A stretch of 64,000 bases of DNA from a virus: the IMG/VR virus record IMGVR_UViG_3300042892_004373, positions 1 through 64,000 of that record, one strand, 5' to 3'. The position numbers were made by a program, and so were the translations under genes. Under the pieces are notes generated by a model, which worked only from the letters and a program-made list of their open reading frames with translations, was not told where the DNA came from and did not search any database. Positions 46,600-55,809 of the stretch are shown here, in pieces (within the stretch, counting starts at the first letter, position 1; every line of letters begins with the position of its first letter).

Positions 46600-47432
46600 T
46601 ATAGTATTTTATTACCAGTTTTTGAGCCTAAAACAACTGCGGGTGTACCATTTTCTAGTTCACCTGGCATAATCATTGCTTGTGACTCAATACCCATCAT
46701 TTTAACAGGTTTTAAATTTGTTACGAACAAGAAAGAGTATCCTTCTAATTTATCAACATAGTTCTCACCTAATGAAGATTTAATATTTGTTACAACAACT
46801 CTTGGTGTGTCTTCACCAAAGTCAACTTCTAACTTAATAAGTTTTTCTGATTTAGGTACATCTGTTACTGATATAATCTTTCCTGTTTTAATTTCTAATT
46901 TAGATGATACATCTAAAAATTCACTGAATTCTATTTTATCTTTCATGTTTAATATATTTATTGCTTTAATTTTACATTCTTCTTTTAATCCTGGAATTCC
47001 TAATTTCCAAGGTTTTACTGGTTCTCCTGTTGAACAATTTACAAAATAATCTTGTTGTTCATCTAAGAAATCTTGTATATCATCAAATATAACATACTGA
47101 GTTACTTCTGGGTGTCTATCTAACCAAAGTTTAATTTCGTGGCCTCTTTTTACTTGATCATAATAAACTATGTTGGTTGCTTCACATACATCTACGCAAT
47201 CTGGTGTTACATCAATAATTTCACCTGGTAGATTACGTTCTTTCCAAAGTGATAACATTCGTTCTATTCCTTTATCTTTCCAAGTTGAGGAGATAACGAT
47301 TTTTGCTCCTGTTTTCTCGATAACTTCCTTTAAGTTCTGGACGTACTCATCCCTGAAGATATGACCAAATTGGTCTTTATCTGCATAATCTACGTTTAAA
47401 ACTCCGTCAATGTCTAGAAATATCGTTTTCAT
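46599..47432 (-). CDS. HAD phosphatase (Swiss-Army-knife RNA-repair type) fused to a Trbp111/CsaA-type tRNA-binding OB domain
   Basis: FLDIDGVLN, ISSTW, RG.EI..WL, YVIFDD; then KLIKLEVDFG, NLKPVKMMGIESQAM. Confidence 0.82.
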   Translation of the reverse strand: MKTIFLDIDGVLNVDYADKDQFGHIFRDEYVQNLKEVIEKTGAKIVISSTWKDKGIERMLSLWKERNLPGEIIDVTPDCVDVCEATNIVYYDQVKRGHEIKLWLDRHPEVTQYVIFDDIQDFLDEQQDYFVNCSTGEPVKPWKLGIPGLKEECKIKAINILNMKDKIEFSEFLDVSSKLEIKTGKIISVTDVPKSEKLIKLEVDFGEDTPRVVVTNIKSSLGENYVDKLEGYSFLFVTNLKPVKMMGIESQAMIMPGELENGTPAVVLGSKTGNKIL

Positions 47433-47449
47433 AATGGCAAATATACAAC

Positions 47450-47692
47450 TTAGTTTTGATTTATTAAAAGAATTTTTTGATTTCTTGTTAGTTGTTTAAT
47501 TCTCCATTCTTCTTTTGCTGCCAAAGATTTTGTTTCAAAAGATTGTTGATAAACTAATTTTACTGGTGTTCTAGTCTTGGTGTACTTCGCACCTTTCTTC
47601 TTATTGTGTGTATCAATTCTCTTTTCTACGTCATTACTAATACCAGTATAATAAGTTAGGTCTGAACATTCTATTATGTAAACTTTCCACAT
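47450..47692 (-). CDS. GIY-YIG nuclease (UPF0213-like)
   Basis: VYIIECSD..YYTGI, KGAKYT, E.RIK. Confidence 0.85.
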   Translation of the reverse strand: MWKVYIIECSDLTYYTGISNDVEKRIDTHNKKKGAKYTKTRTPVKLVYQQSFETKSLAAKEEWRIKQLTRNQKILLINQN

Positions 47693-47778
47693 ACCTTATA
47701 TATTCACTTTCATGCAACATCATGATATATAACTAAATAAATATATAATTTTGGGTTTAAAATTTAATATATACTCTT

Positions 47779-48294
47779 ATGAAATACATAAAATTATTTG
47801 AAGATATAGTTCCTGCACATCAAAGTGGTTCAGATTATAGAAATAGAAACATTGATGAAACTGTTGATGTTACTACATTAGATACAATGTTATTAAGATC
47901 ACCGGTATATAATAAAGGTGAGATAATTATTTGGTCCGATAATGTAAAGAATAGAGATGTTGACTATGACTTTGCGGAGAAATTACTAAGAAGAGTAGGT
48001 CTTAAATTGATAGGAGAACCTTATGATGGTGGATTTTTAGTAAAATGTGAACCAGGAAAAGAAGAAGAGTCTGCAGAAAAAGTATTAGCTAGATTTCCTG
48101 AATTTTTTGATAGTTATGAAAGAGAAGATATAAGAATGCCTTTTATATCAAATAAAGTAGAAGAAATAAAGGATAAAGTTGAAGATATAGAAAGATTCTT
48201 TGAAAGTACTTTGAAGAAAAATGTAAATGTAACTAAATATAATAAGTATATTGATGATATTATTAAAGACCTTGATAATCTAAAAATAAAATAA
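47779..48294 (+). CDS. Hypothetical protein with MKYIKLFE tag
   Basis: TAATATATA at 47765-47773. Confidence 0.7.
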   Translation: MKYIKLFEDIVPAHQSGSDYRNRNIDETVDVTTLDTMLLRSPVYNKGEIIIWSDNVKNRDVDYDFAEKLLRRVGLKLIGEPYDGGFLVKCEPGKEEESAEKVLARFPEFFDSYEREDIRMPFISNKVEEIKDKVEDIERFFESTLKKNVNVTKYNKYIDDIIKDLDNLKIK

Positions 48295-48318
48295 AAAGTC
48301 CTTTTTCAAGGACTTTTT

Positions 48319-49497
48319 TTATACTTTATCTACTGGAAATAGTCCAATTTTTTTCATACCTATTTGTAAATCTGTCAATAAGTCAGAAAAAATCTTTTTG
48401 TTTACTTCATTATCTTTTATGTATAATTTCTCATACAATTTATTTATATTCTTACAATGATTTACTAAAGCATCGAATAATATATTCGGTGATAAATTAG
48501 ATTTGGTTTTTAATTCAGCAAATTCTAATTGTTTAGAATAGAAGTTTTCTTTATCTTGTACTTCAACACCACAGCTTTTAATATGTGCCATAGTATAACT
48601 TAGATATAAACCTAAAGATAACTTTGGATTACCAATCAATTTTGTATCTATTGACTTACTAGAAGTCGGTCCAGATTTAAGTATTTGTCCTGCAATTATA
48701 TTATAAACTAATTTTAAATCATTATTAAATAATGGTAATAAACTATTTATAAAATCAGTCATGTAAATAACATTACCTTCACTACTAGACATTTTCTTAC
48801 CATCTAATTGAACTAAGCCAAGACCAACGTGATTTGTAGTAGGAAATAACTTCTTTAAAGATTTAAAGTGATTATCTTGTTCTACTCCTGTTAGATATAA
48901 CGTAGAAGCATTTAATTTACTAGCTAGAGCTACATCTTGGTAGAAGTAAGAAGTAGAACCAGTACTTTTCACACCTACTAATTTCTCGTCTCCCAAATCG
49001 AAGATTTTAGAACCTTCATAAGTACCTTCACCTTCTTTTAATAAACTTTCATCTTGTAATTTCATTTCAGATGCAAAGAACATTTCATCTACATTATAGT
49101 TAAAATTTTTACAATACTCAAAATAAGATTTTAAAGCATCATCTTTTTGAACTGCTCCTTCTAAAGTATCACCAAAAATGACAATAAATTTATTACCGAC
49201 ACCTAATTTTTGAAAAGCATTTGCTAATACAAGGTTGGAAAAGTGACCAACGTGTAAATGTTTATTTAAGTTTGGACTAAACCCGTCAATATAATCATAC
49301 TTTTCAGGTTGATTAAACATATCAGAGATTTTTGTATCATCATTTAAGATGATGTTTGTGTATTTACCAGAATCTTCCGTTTTTAAATTCCAGTACTTAC
49401 ACCAATTTATAATTTCATCAGAGGGTTTTCCGAATACACAGAAGTTAAAACCTAAATCTGATGGAGTTGTCTTTATTTTATTTATATCTATTTTCAT
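48319..49497 (-). CDS. argS: Shortened arginyl-tRNA synthetase
   Basis: FSPNLNKHLHVGH, KSTG..SY..QD, EQ..HF, KMSS, YLSY; 392 aa. Confidence 0.8.
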   Translation of the reverse strand: MKIDINKIKTTPSDLGFNFCVFGKPSDEIINWCKYWNLKTEDSGKYTNIILNDDTKISDMFNQPEKYDYIDGFSPNLNKHLHVGHFSNLVLANAFQKLGVGNKFIVIFGDTLEGAVQKDDALKSYFEYCKNFNYNVDEMFFASEMKLQDESLLKEGEGTYEGSKIFDLGDEKLVGVKSTGSTSYFYQDVALASKLNASTLYLTGVEQDNHFKSLKKLFPTTNHVGLGLVQLDGKKMSSSEGNVIYMTDFINSLLPLFNNDLKLVYNIIAGQILKSGPTSSKSIDTKLIGNPKLSLGLYLSYTMAHIKSCGVEVQDKENFYSKQLEFAELKTKSNLSPNILFDALVNHCKNINKLYEKLYIKDNEVNKKIFSDLLTDLQIGMKKIGLFPVDKV

Positions 49498-49589
49498 TTT
49501 TTCTAATTTTTTTTTCTAATTTTTTAATTTTGTTCATAAAAAAACCCTTACTTGAAAAAGTAAGGGTTTAAACAATAAGTAAAGCTGTG

Positions 49590-49928
49590 TTACTCACTAA
49601 CCACAACTTCACAAATTTTTGTAAATTCACCATTACTTACTGCTTTGGTGATCCACCTGTTTAAATCTGAACCTTTCATTTCTGACTCGAATGTAGTTGT
49701 ACCTAAGTCAGAAGATAATTGTAATGTTTCGATTGTTGGTTCATCATCATATACACCTTCATTTTCAGGATTGAGATAAACAACTGATGTTTCGACTGTT
49801 GCAATAGGAAATTGATAAACACCGTCAGCTAACTCTACTGTATAGTAAAGGTTACCACTAACATAGTGACTTAATTTTGCCATTGCTTTAGATTTATACA
49901 AATCTTTTTTAATTTCGTTTAATTCCAT
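49590..49928 (-). CDS. Hypothetical phage protein
   Basis: 112-aa ORF after the tRNA. Confidence 0.65.
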   Translation of the reverse strand: MELNEIKKDLYKSKAMAKLSHYVSGNLYYTVELADGVYQFPIATVETSVVYLNPENEGVYDDEPTIETLQLSSDLGTTTFESEMKGSDLNRWITKAVSNGEFTKICEVVVSE

Positions 49929-49949
49929 TGTTATTTTGTATTTTTAATG

Positions 49950-50023
49950 TGGTCCCACTTGGGCTCGAACCAAGGACCTACTGATTATGAGTCAGCCGCT
50001 CTAACCAACTGAGCTATGGGACC
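49950..50023 (-). tRNA. tRNA with CAT anticodon, probably Ile2 (lysidine)
   Basis: Canonical cloverleaf with GCUGA-CUCAUAA-UCAGU arm. Confidence 0.9.
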
Positions 50024-50159
50024 GTTACTACTATATATTTTGTATTTCTTATTTGTTTTACAAAAGTACAAAAAATAATTGAAACTAAAAATTAAATAAA
50101 TAATATAATGAAACTTATAAGAATAAAAAAAGAGAGTCATTCGCTCCCTTTTTATTTTG

Positions 50160-50354
50160 TTATTTTACTATGAGATAATCAATTCCATATTCTTTACTAT
50201 AAGAATAGACTTTATCACCAATTTCTAAAATATAGTTTGTATCTAATATTAGAATACTTCCATCATATTTTACAAGAATATCAATCTTTGGTACATTAGG
50301 TCCTTCCGTTATTAAATTACTTGTAATATAAGTTATAATATTTTCATTTTCCAT
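50160..50354 (-). CDS. Hypothetical protein
   Basis: 64-aa ORF after the collagen-like gene. Confidence 0.5.
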   Translation of the reverse strand: MENENIITYITSNLITEGPNVPKIDILVKYDGSILILDTNYILEIGDKVYSYSKEYGIDYLIVK

Positions 50355-50369
50355 AATTATTTTATTTTT

Positions 50370-51896
50370 TTATATGAGTTCAAACCAAAGTGTTACATCT
50401 CTTAAAATTCCACTATTTCCACCATTATATGCTGCAAAGTATGATATAAATCTACTTTGAGCAGGAGCACCAGGAGTACTAATAGCATTTGATTCACCAA
50501 CATAACAACCTTGTGAATAATTTTGAAAGTCTAATAGTCCAGGTATACTAGATTCGATAGAAGTGTTTAGATCAACACGTCTTAATAAACAGTGTAAACC
50601 ATCAAATACTAAAGTATCTGCTCTTACATACATTTTTATTTTGTATGATGATCCACTTGGAAAAATATAAAAAGGATCAAATACAAAACTAGCACCTGTA
50701 ACAGCAAAAAATCCAAAGGCGGATGGGAGAGAACTAGTACCTATGCCCGGTGAGTAACCACTATTACTAAAAGATGTGGAAGCATTTGATAATATAACTC
50801 CTGGTCCTAATTTATATTTATTTGGTCCTTGAACACCTTGTGGACCTTGTGGACCTTGAGATCCTTGTACTGCCAATAATGCCCAATTTATATTTGTTAT
50901 ATCTAAATCCGGGGAAACTACTGATGCTGTTGAACTAACCGTTGCAACACACCACCAAGATGCTGACGCATAACCAACCGCATCATTCATATTATATAAT
51001 GAGTTATTACTCCAAGAACCTTGCCAAGTTAAACCCGAAACACCAACCGGTCCTTCAACACCTTGTGGACCTTGTGGACCTTGAGATCCTTGAATTCCTT
51101 GTTCTCCCGAAGTTCCCGAAGAACCAGAAGTTCCAGATGAACCCGAAGTTCCAGATGAACCAGAAGTTCCAGATGAACCAGAAGTTCCAGATGAACCCGA
51201 AGTTCCAGATGAACCAGAAGTTCCAGATGAACCGTCTATACCAGAAGTTCCAGATGAACCTGAAGTTCCAGATGAACCTGAAGTTCCAGGATCTCCTTGA
51301 ATTCCTTGTTCTCCAGAAGTTCCAGATGAACCTGAAGTTCCAGGATCTCCTTGAATTCCTTGTTCTCCAGAAGTTCCAGATGAACCTGAAGTTCCAGGAT
51401 CTCCTTGAATTCCTTGTTCTCCAGAAGTTCCGGATGATCCGTCTATACCAGAAGTTCCAGATGATCCGTCTGCGCCATTTATACCAGAAGTTCCAGATGT
51501 ACCACTTGAACCACTTCCAGATGTTCCAGATGATCCAGAAGTTCCATTTGTACCTGAAGTTCCATTTGTACCTGAAGTTCCATTTGTACCTGAAGTTCCA
51601 TCGGTTCCAGATGTTCCGTCTATACCTGATGTTCCTGATGATCCGTTTATACCTGATGTTCCTGATGATCCGTTTATACCAGATGTTCCTGATGATCCGT
51701 TTATACCTGATGATCCGTTTATACCAGATGTTCCAGAAGTACCGTTTACACCAGATGTTCCAGAAGTACCGTTTACACCAGTACCAGATCCACCATTAAG
51801 TGCTAATTCTTGTAGATATAAGAAGTTATTATCCATCTCAAAAACCGATAATCTGTTTCCTGATTGACTTCTTAGAGTAAGTGAATAAGTTGACAT
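50370..51896 (-). CDS. Collagen-like (Gly-X-Y) fibre protein
   Basis: Long GTSGSS and GPQ triplet tracts; W.G.W....Y...D.V module. Confidence 0.8.
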   Translation of the reverse strand: MSTYSLTLRSQSGNRLSVFEMDNNFLYLQELALNGGSGTGVNGTSGTSGVNGTSGTSGINGSSGINGSSGTSGINGSSGTSGINGSSGTSGIDGTSGTDGTSGTNGTSGTNGTSGTNGTSGSSGTSGSGSSGTSGTSGINGADGSSGTSGIDGSSGTSGEQGIQGDPGTSGSSGTSGEQGIQGDPGTSGSSGTSGEQGIQGDPGTSGSSGTSGSSGTSGIDGSSGTSGSSGTSGSSGTSGSSGTSGSSGTSGSSGTSGSSGTSGEQGIQGSQGPQGPQGVEGPVGVSGLTWQGSWSNNSLYNMNDAVGYASASWWCVATVSSTASVVSPDLDITNINWALLAVQGSQGPQGPQGVQGPNKYKLGPGVILSNASTSFSNSGYSPGIGTSSLPSAFGFFAVTGASFVFDPFYIFPSGSSYKIKMYVRADTLVFDGLHCLLRRVDLNTSIESSIPGLLDFQNYSQGCYVGESNAISTPGAPAQSRFISYFAAYNGGNSGILRDVTLWFELI

Positions 51897-52014
51897 ATTT
51901 TTTATATAGTTTTTAGTATTTAATACTATTTATATATTATTTTAAAAAATACATTTTCTATAAATATTAAATTTTTTTTCAAAAAAATATAAAAAAATAT
52001 ACTATCTTTGTGAA

Positions 52015-52380
52015 ATGGAGATTATACAGCGACATGGCATTGCCTTTAAAGTAATAGAAAGAAAGATGAATTTCCCTTTCATAACTGATTGTGATGATAT
52101 GTTATGTGAAGATGTGAGTTCATTTTATTCAGATCCAAACACACAATCTATTGTTCTAATTAGAGATAATTATTCTAAACCTATTATGACTTATCAAGAT
52201 GTTCTTGACGAGATAGATTATTTATATGATGATAGTATTCGTTGGAGAAGCGAAGAAAGACGAGATAGTTTAAGGATCTATTATAATAAAGTTTCTAATA
52301 TAATGAAAACTTACAAAAGACAAGAACAAATAAATAAGGTATTAAATAGTAACGAATGTACATTTCACTTAGCATGTTAA
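52015..52380 (+). CDS. Hypothetical protein (RQEQINKVL)
   Basis: TATCTTTG at 52003-52010. Confidence 0.65.
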   Translation: MEIIQRHGIAFKVIERKMNFPFITDCDDMLCEDVSSFYSDPNTQSIVLIRDNYSKPIMTYQDVLDEIDYLYDDSIRWRSEERRDSLRIYYNKVSNIMKTYKRQEQINKVLNSNECTFHLAC

Positions 52381-52892
52381 AAAATAAATTATACTTATTC
52401 GATAAGTGGTTATCCAAAGATAGAAATACATTACTTGTTTTACTATTAGTTGTTGGTTCTACATTTATGATTAGTTATGAACCTACTCTTTTTTATGGTA
52501 TTGGTCTATTATCTATTATATGTTTTTATGTTGTATTCGTAAAAGCTAAGATTTTAGGACAAGATTGGAAAATCGATAGATCAGTATATGATGTACCACA
52601 AGTTGAAGAAATTATAGTTACTACTAAAAATTTCTACTGGGATGGATCATTAAAAAGTTATCATGTTCAGAGTCATACAAGTAAGCCTAATACAGTTTTT
52701 ATTGAGAAAGGAACAGAATTAAAGATTATACATTTAAAAGAAATAGAAGATGATTGGTCTTTGATGTTAAAGAAAGGTAACGGTGAGATAATCATTACAG
52801 TAAATTATTTGGAATCAAAAGATTATTATAAAACAAAGTCTCAAATTAGAGAAGAAAAATTAAAGAAATTATTAAGTAAAAAAATATGGTAA
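52374..52892 (+). CDS. Membrane protein with REEKLKKLL tag
   Basis: Two N-terminal transmembrane segments. Confidence 0.6.
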   Translation: MLKNKLYLFDKWLSKDRNTLLVLLLVVGSTFMISYEPTLFYGIGLLSIICFYVVFVKAKILGQDWKIDRSVYDVPQVEEIIVTTKNFYWDGSLKSYHVQSHTSKPNTVFIEKGTELKIIHLKEIEDDWSLMLKKGNGEIIITVNYLESKDYYKTKSQIREEKLKKLLSKKIW

Positions 52893-53623
52893 AATTACTA
52901 CCCGCAACATTCAAATGGATTCCTAAATTAGAAGATGTTATTGAGATAGCAGGAATACACCCAAGTCGTGTGTTTAATGTTTATATCTTTGGTTCTCGTG
53001 TATATGGAAATTACGATGCAGCATCTGACTGGGATATTATAATGGTTGCTAATAACTCAGTTGAAGCAGTTGAGTTAAATAAAACAGTTCAAGACGAGTA
53101 TTCTTATAATATGAATCATCGATTTATTAGATATAATATTCATGTTTATACACCAGATAGATTTCAAAAAGATTTAGACTGGCATCGTATGAATAATCTT
53201 GAGTGTATATTTGCACCAGACTGGGCTAAGTTAAAAGAGGATAAAAAATATGAGTTTAAACTAGATTTAAAGAAGTTGAGACATGCTTCATCACATATTA
53301 GTTCTAACTCATGGGTGAAATGTAAGAAAAAATTATTGGTTGAGGGTGAGTATCGTACTGCTATAAAATCATTCTTTCATTCGATTAGAATACCTATGTT
53401 TGCTACACAAATTGCTAGATATGGTAAAATTACTGACTTTACAATAGCAAATTTTATTTGGAGAAGACTTATGTTTGAAGAAGAAGCGGTTTATGATCCA
53501 AAAACCTATTTACCAATTTATCGTACTATAGAACGTAAATGGAATTGGGAATCTTTGAATTTAGAGTTTAAAATAACATATAATCTTATGTTAAGTTTAT
53601 TTAGAAAAGTAACTGATAAATAA
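52886..53623 (+). CDS. Pol-beta-like nucleotidyltransferase
   Basis: YIFGSRVYG...SDWD. Confidence 0.8.
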   Translation: MVKLLPATFKWIPKLEDVIEIAGIHPSRVFNVYIFGSRVYGNYDAASDWDIIMVANNSVEAVELNKTVQDEYSYNMNHRFIRYNIHVYTPDRFQKDLDWHRMNNLECIFAPDWAKLKEDKKYEFKLDLKKLRHASSHISSNSWVKCKKKLLVEGEYRTAIKSFFHSIRIPMFATQIARYGKITDFTIANFIWRRLMFEEEAVYDPKTYLPIYRTIERKWNWESLNLEFKITYNLMLSLFRKVTDK

Positions 53624-53859
53624 TGGAAGAAGAATTAGAAAAATTATATCAAGATTTACTTACAAATAGACAAATCTATAGGGGTCAAGGACTTGTAACC
53701 GCTAGTCCACCACAACCATATCAGGATTTGATCAATAGTCCAACTAATATAAATTATGATTTTGCTTCTTTATATCCTAGTGTTCAGAAAAAGTATTACT
53801 ATAAAATAAGTATGAAAGTTTCTATTAGAAAAAGAAAGATTACAAATATATTTCAATAA
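53623..53859 (+). CDS. 78-aa protein carrying family-B polymerase motif A
   Basis: YDFASLYPS; C-terminal RKRKITNIF. Confidence 0.5.
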   Translation: MEEELEKLYQDLLTNRQIYRGQGLVTASPPQPYQDLINSPTNINYDFASLYPSVQKKYYYKISMKVSIRKRKITNIFQ

Positions 53860-53870
53860 AAAACCCATCT

Positions 53871-54227
53871 TTAAGATGGGTTTTTTAGTATTCGTTCTAA
53901 TTTATATTCTCTTCTTAGTATCTTTTTATCTATCATATCTAACCTCAAAGGATTATATCCACTCTTTAGCGTCATTGGTGTATATCCTTCTGTGATCTTT
54001 GGTTCAATAAGTACGGTATAGAATCCACCTACATGTAATATATAATCTTTTATTTGATACTCTATATTAGAAAGATAGGTTGGTGCGAAAAATTTACACA
54101 TATATCCGATTGGATACCATTTCTCAAGTATCTGTAATTGTATATCTACTGGTGTTTTACTAAAACGTTCACACTCATTGGAATCATAGTTCCAAAAAAC
54201 TAACGCTTTCTTACCAAATGTACTCAT
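53871..54227 (-). CDS. Hypothetical protein with REYKLERIL tag
   Basis: TATATTTG at 54243-54250. Confidence 0.65.
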   Translation of the reverse strand: MSTFGKKALVFWNYDSNECERFSKTPVDIQLQILEKWYPIGYMCKFFAPTYLSNIEYQIKDYILHVGGFYTVLIEPKITEGYTPMTLKSGYNPLRLDMIDKKILRREYKLERILKNPS

Positions 54228-54306
54228 TTTACATAATTTTTACAAATATAAGTATAATTTATGATAATGAGAAAATAATATATAATAAAAAAATTATATT
54301 ATAATA

Positions 54307-55746
54307 ATGTTAAAAAAATATATTGATTTTATAACAGAATCTCAAGATTTAATAACAGAATCCCAATTGATTGAACTTTTATTAGAATCTGATGTAATGT
54401 TTTCAGATAACTTTAAGAAGGTATTAGGTAAAATTGATAGCCCTGTTGCTAAGAAAATACTAGGATTAGAAAAAAAAGACTTACCAGTAGTTGCTAACTA
54501 CTTTGATATAGATCCAAAAAGAAATGACTATTTATGGTTTACTGCAGATAGAAAGGCACAAGAGATTTTAAATGATCCAAAAGAATTATATCGTTTTGTA
54601 GGAAATAATGGTGGATGGCTAACTCATGGTGAGGCTAATAATGCAATTTTTGGTAGATTGGGATATGTTCCACAAGGTGATGTTTATAGACCTACGTCTG
54701 TAGAAGTTGGTGAAGTTGTTGAAAAGATAGTTTCCGAAAAATCTGGTAAAACTTGGGTTTGGTTAAAATTCCAAAATGGACAAGGTGTTTTCAATTTAGA
54801 AAAATTAAGACCTGTTGATGATAGAAATAAATTAGTTTGGTCTAAGAACCGTCAAGATGTTAGAGTTGGTAGATCGATGAATGCTCTTTTGACTTTGGCT
54901 GCAAGAGAAGATGATACTGCTAAATTTACCGCAAGAGAGGTTGAGATATTTGTAAACTTATATAAAGCACAGATGGATAAATTCAATGATAAATTCTCAT
55001 TCTTTGATGTTGTTCAAGGTGATGATATTTATTATAAGTATCAATATAATAATTACTATGATGCAAGTGGTACACTGGCAAACTCTTGTATGGCAGAAGC
55101 CGAATCTAGTTGGTTAGAACCATATACTGAAAATAACACAGTATCATTAGTTATTTATAAATCACAGGATGATGATAGTAAAATTATTGGTCGTGCTATT
55201 CTTTGGGAATGTTTGGATGGTAAAAAAGTAATGGATAGAGTTTATACTAACTCTGATTCTGATGTTGATTTATTTAGACAATTTGCACAAGATAGTGGGT
55301 GGTGGTATAAATCAAATAATAATAGTTCTTCAACTATAAATGCTATAGGTCCGGAAGGTCAAAATATTGACTATTTAACTGTTCAAGTTCAGTTACATAA
55401 AAGACATGATAATTTCCCTTATATGGATACCTTAAAATACTATAGTCCTGAAACTGGAATTATGTCAAATGATAAACCAGAAAGTGGAGTAGTTTATTAT
55501 TGTGAGTCAACTGAAGGTTATTATGATAAACTTTGTTCAACTTGCAGTGAGGATGGTACTATTACTTGTCCAACTTGTGATGGTGATGGTGAAGAAGTTT
55601 GTGTTGAGTGTAATGGTGATGGTGAAGTAGAAATTGATGGAGAATCAAAAGAGTGTCCAACTTGTGATGGTGAAGGTAAGAAAACCTGTTCACAATGTGA
55701 TGGTGATGAACAGATTACTTGTCCAGATTGTGAAGGTGATTACTAA
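54307..55746 (+). CDS. SCM-motif protein with CxxCxGxG tail (paralog 2)
   Basis: NSCMA, GRAILW, MDRVY, FPYMDT. Confidence 0.75.
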   Translation: MLKKYIDFITESQDLITESQLIELLLESDVMFSDNFKKVLGKIDSPVAKKILGLEKKDLPVVANYFDIDPKRNDYLWFTADRKAQEILNDPKELYRFVGNNGGWLTHGEANNAIFGRLGYVPQGDVYRPTSVEVGEVVEKIVSEKSGKTWVWLKFQNGQGVFNLEKLRPVDDRNKLVWSKNRQDVRVGRSMNALLTLAAREDDTAKFTAREVEIFVNLYKAQMDKFNDKFSFFDVVQGDDIYYKYQYNNYYDASGTLANSCMAEAESSWLEPYTENNTVSLVIYKSQDDDSKIIGRAILWECLDGKKVMDRVYTNSDSDVDLFRQFAQDSGWWYKSNNNSSSTINAIGPEGQNIDYLTVQVQLHKRHDNFPYMDTLKYYSPETGIMSNDKPESGVVYYCESTEGYYDKLCSTCSEDGTITCPTCDGDGEEVCVECNGDGEVEIDGESKECPTCDGEGKKTCSQCDGDEQITCPDCEGDY

Positions 55747-55809
55747 CAAATAAAAATAAAAATCCCTTTTAAAGGGATTTTTTCATGATACTAATTTAAT
55801 ATATAACCT

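Noticed and set aside
47450-47692. Homing endonuclease or intron
   Set aside because: 80-aa stand-alone UPF0213-type GIY-YIG with no DNA-binding extension and no interrupted host gene
49537-49590. Arg attenuator or T-box upstream of the ArgRS gene
   Set aside because: A terminator is present, but I found no Arg-codon leader or T-box motif
50942-51799. 285-aa plus-strand repetitive ORF
   Set aside because: Antisense shadow of the collagen-like repeats
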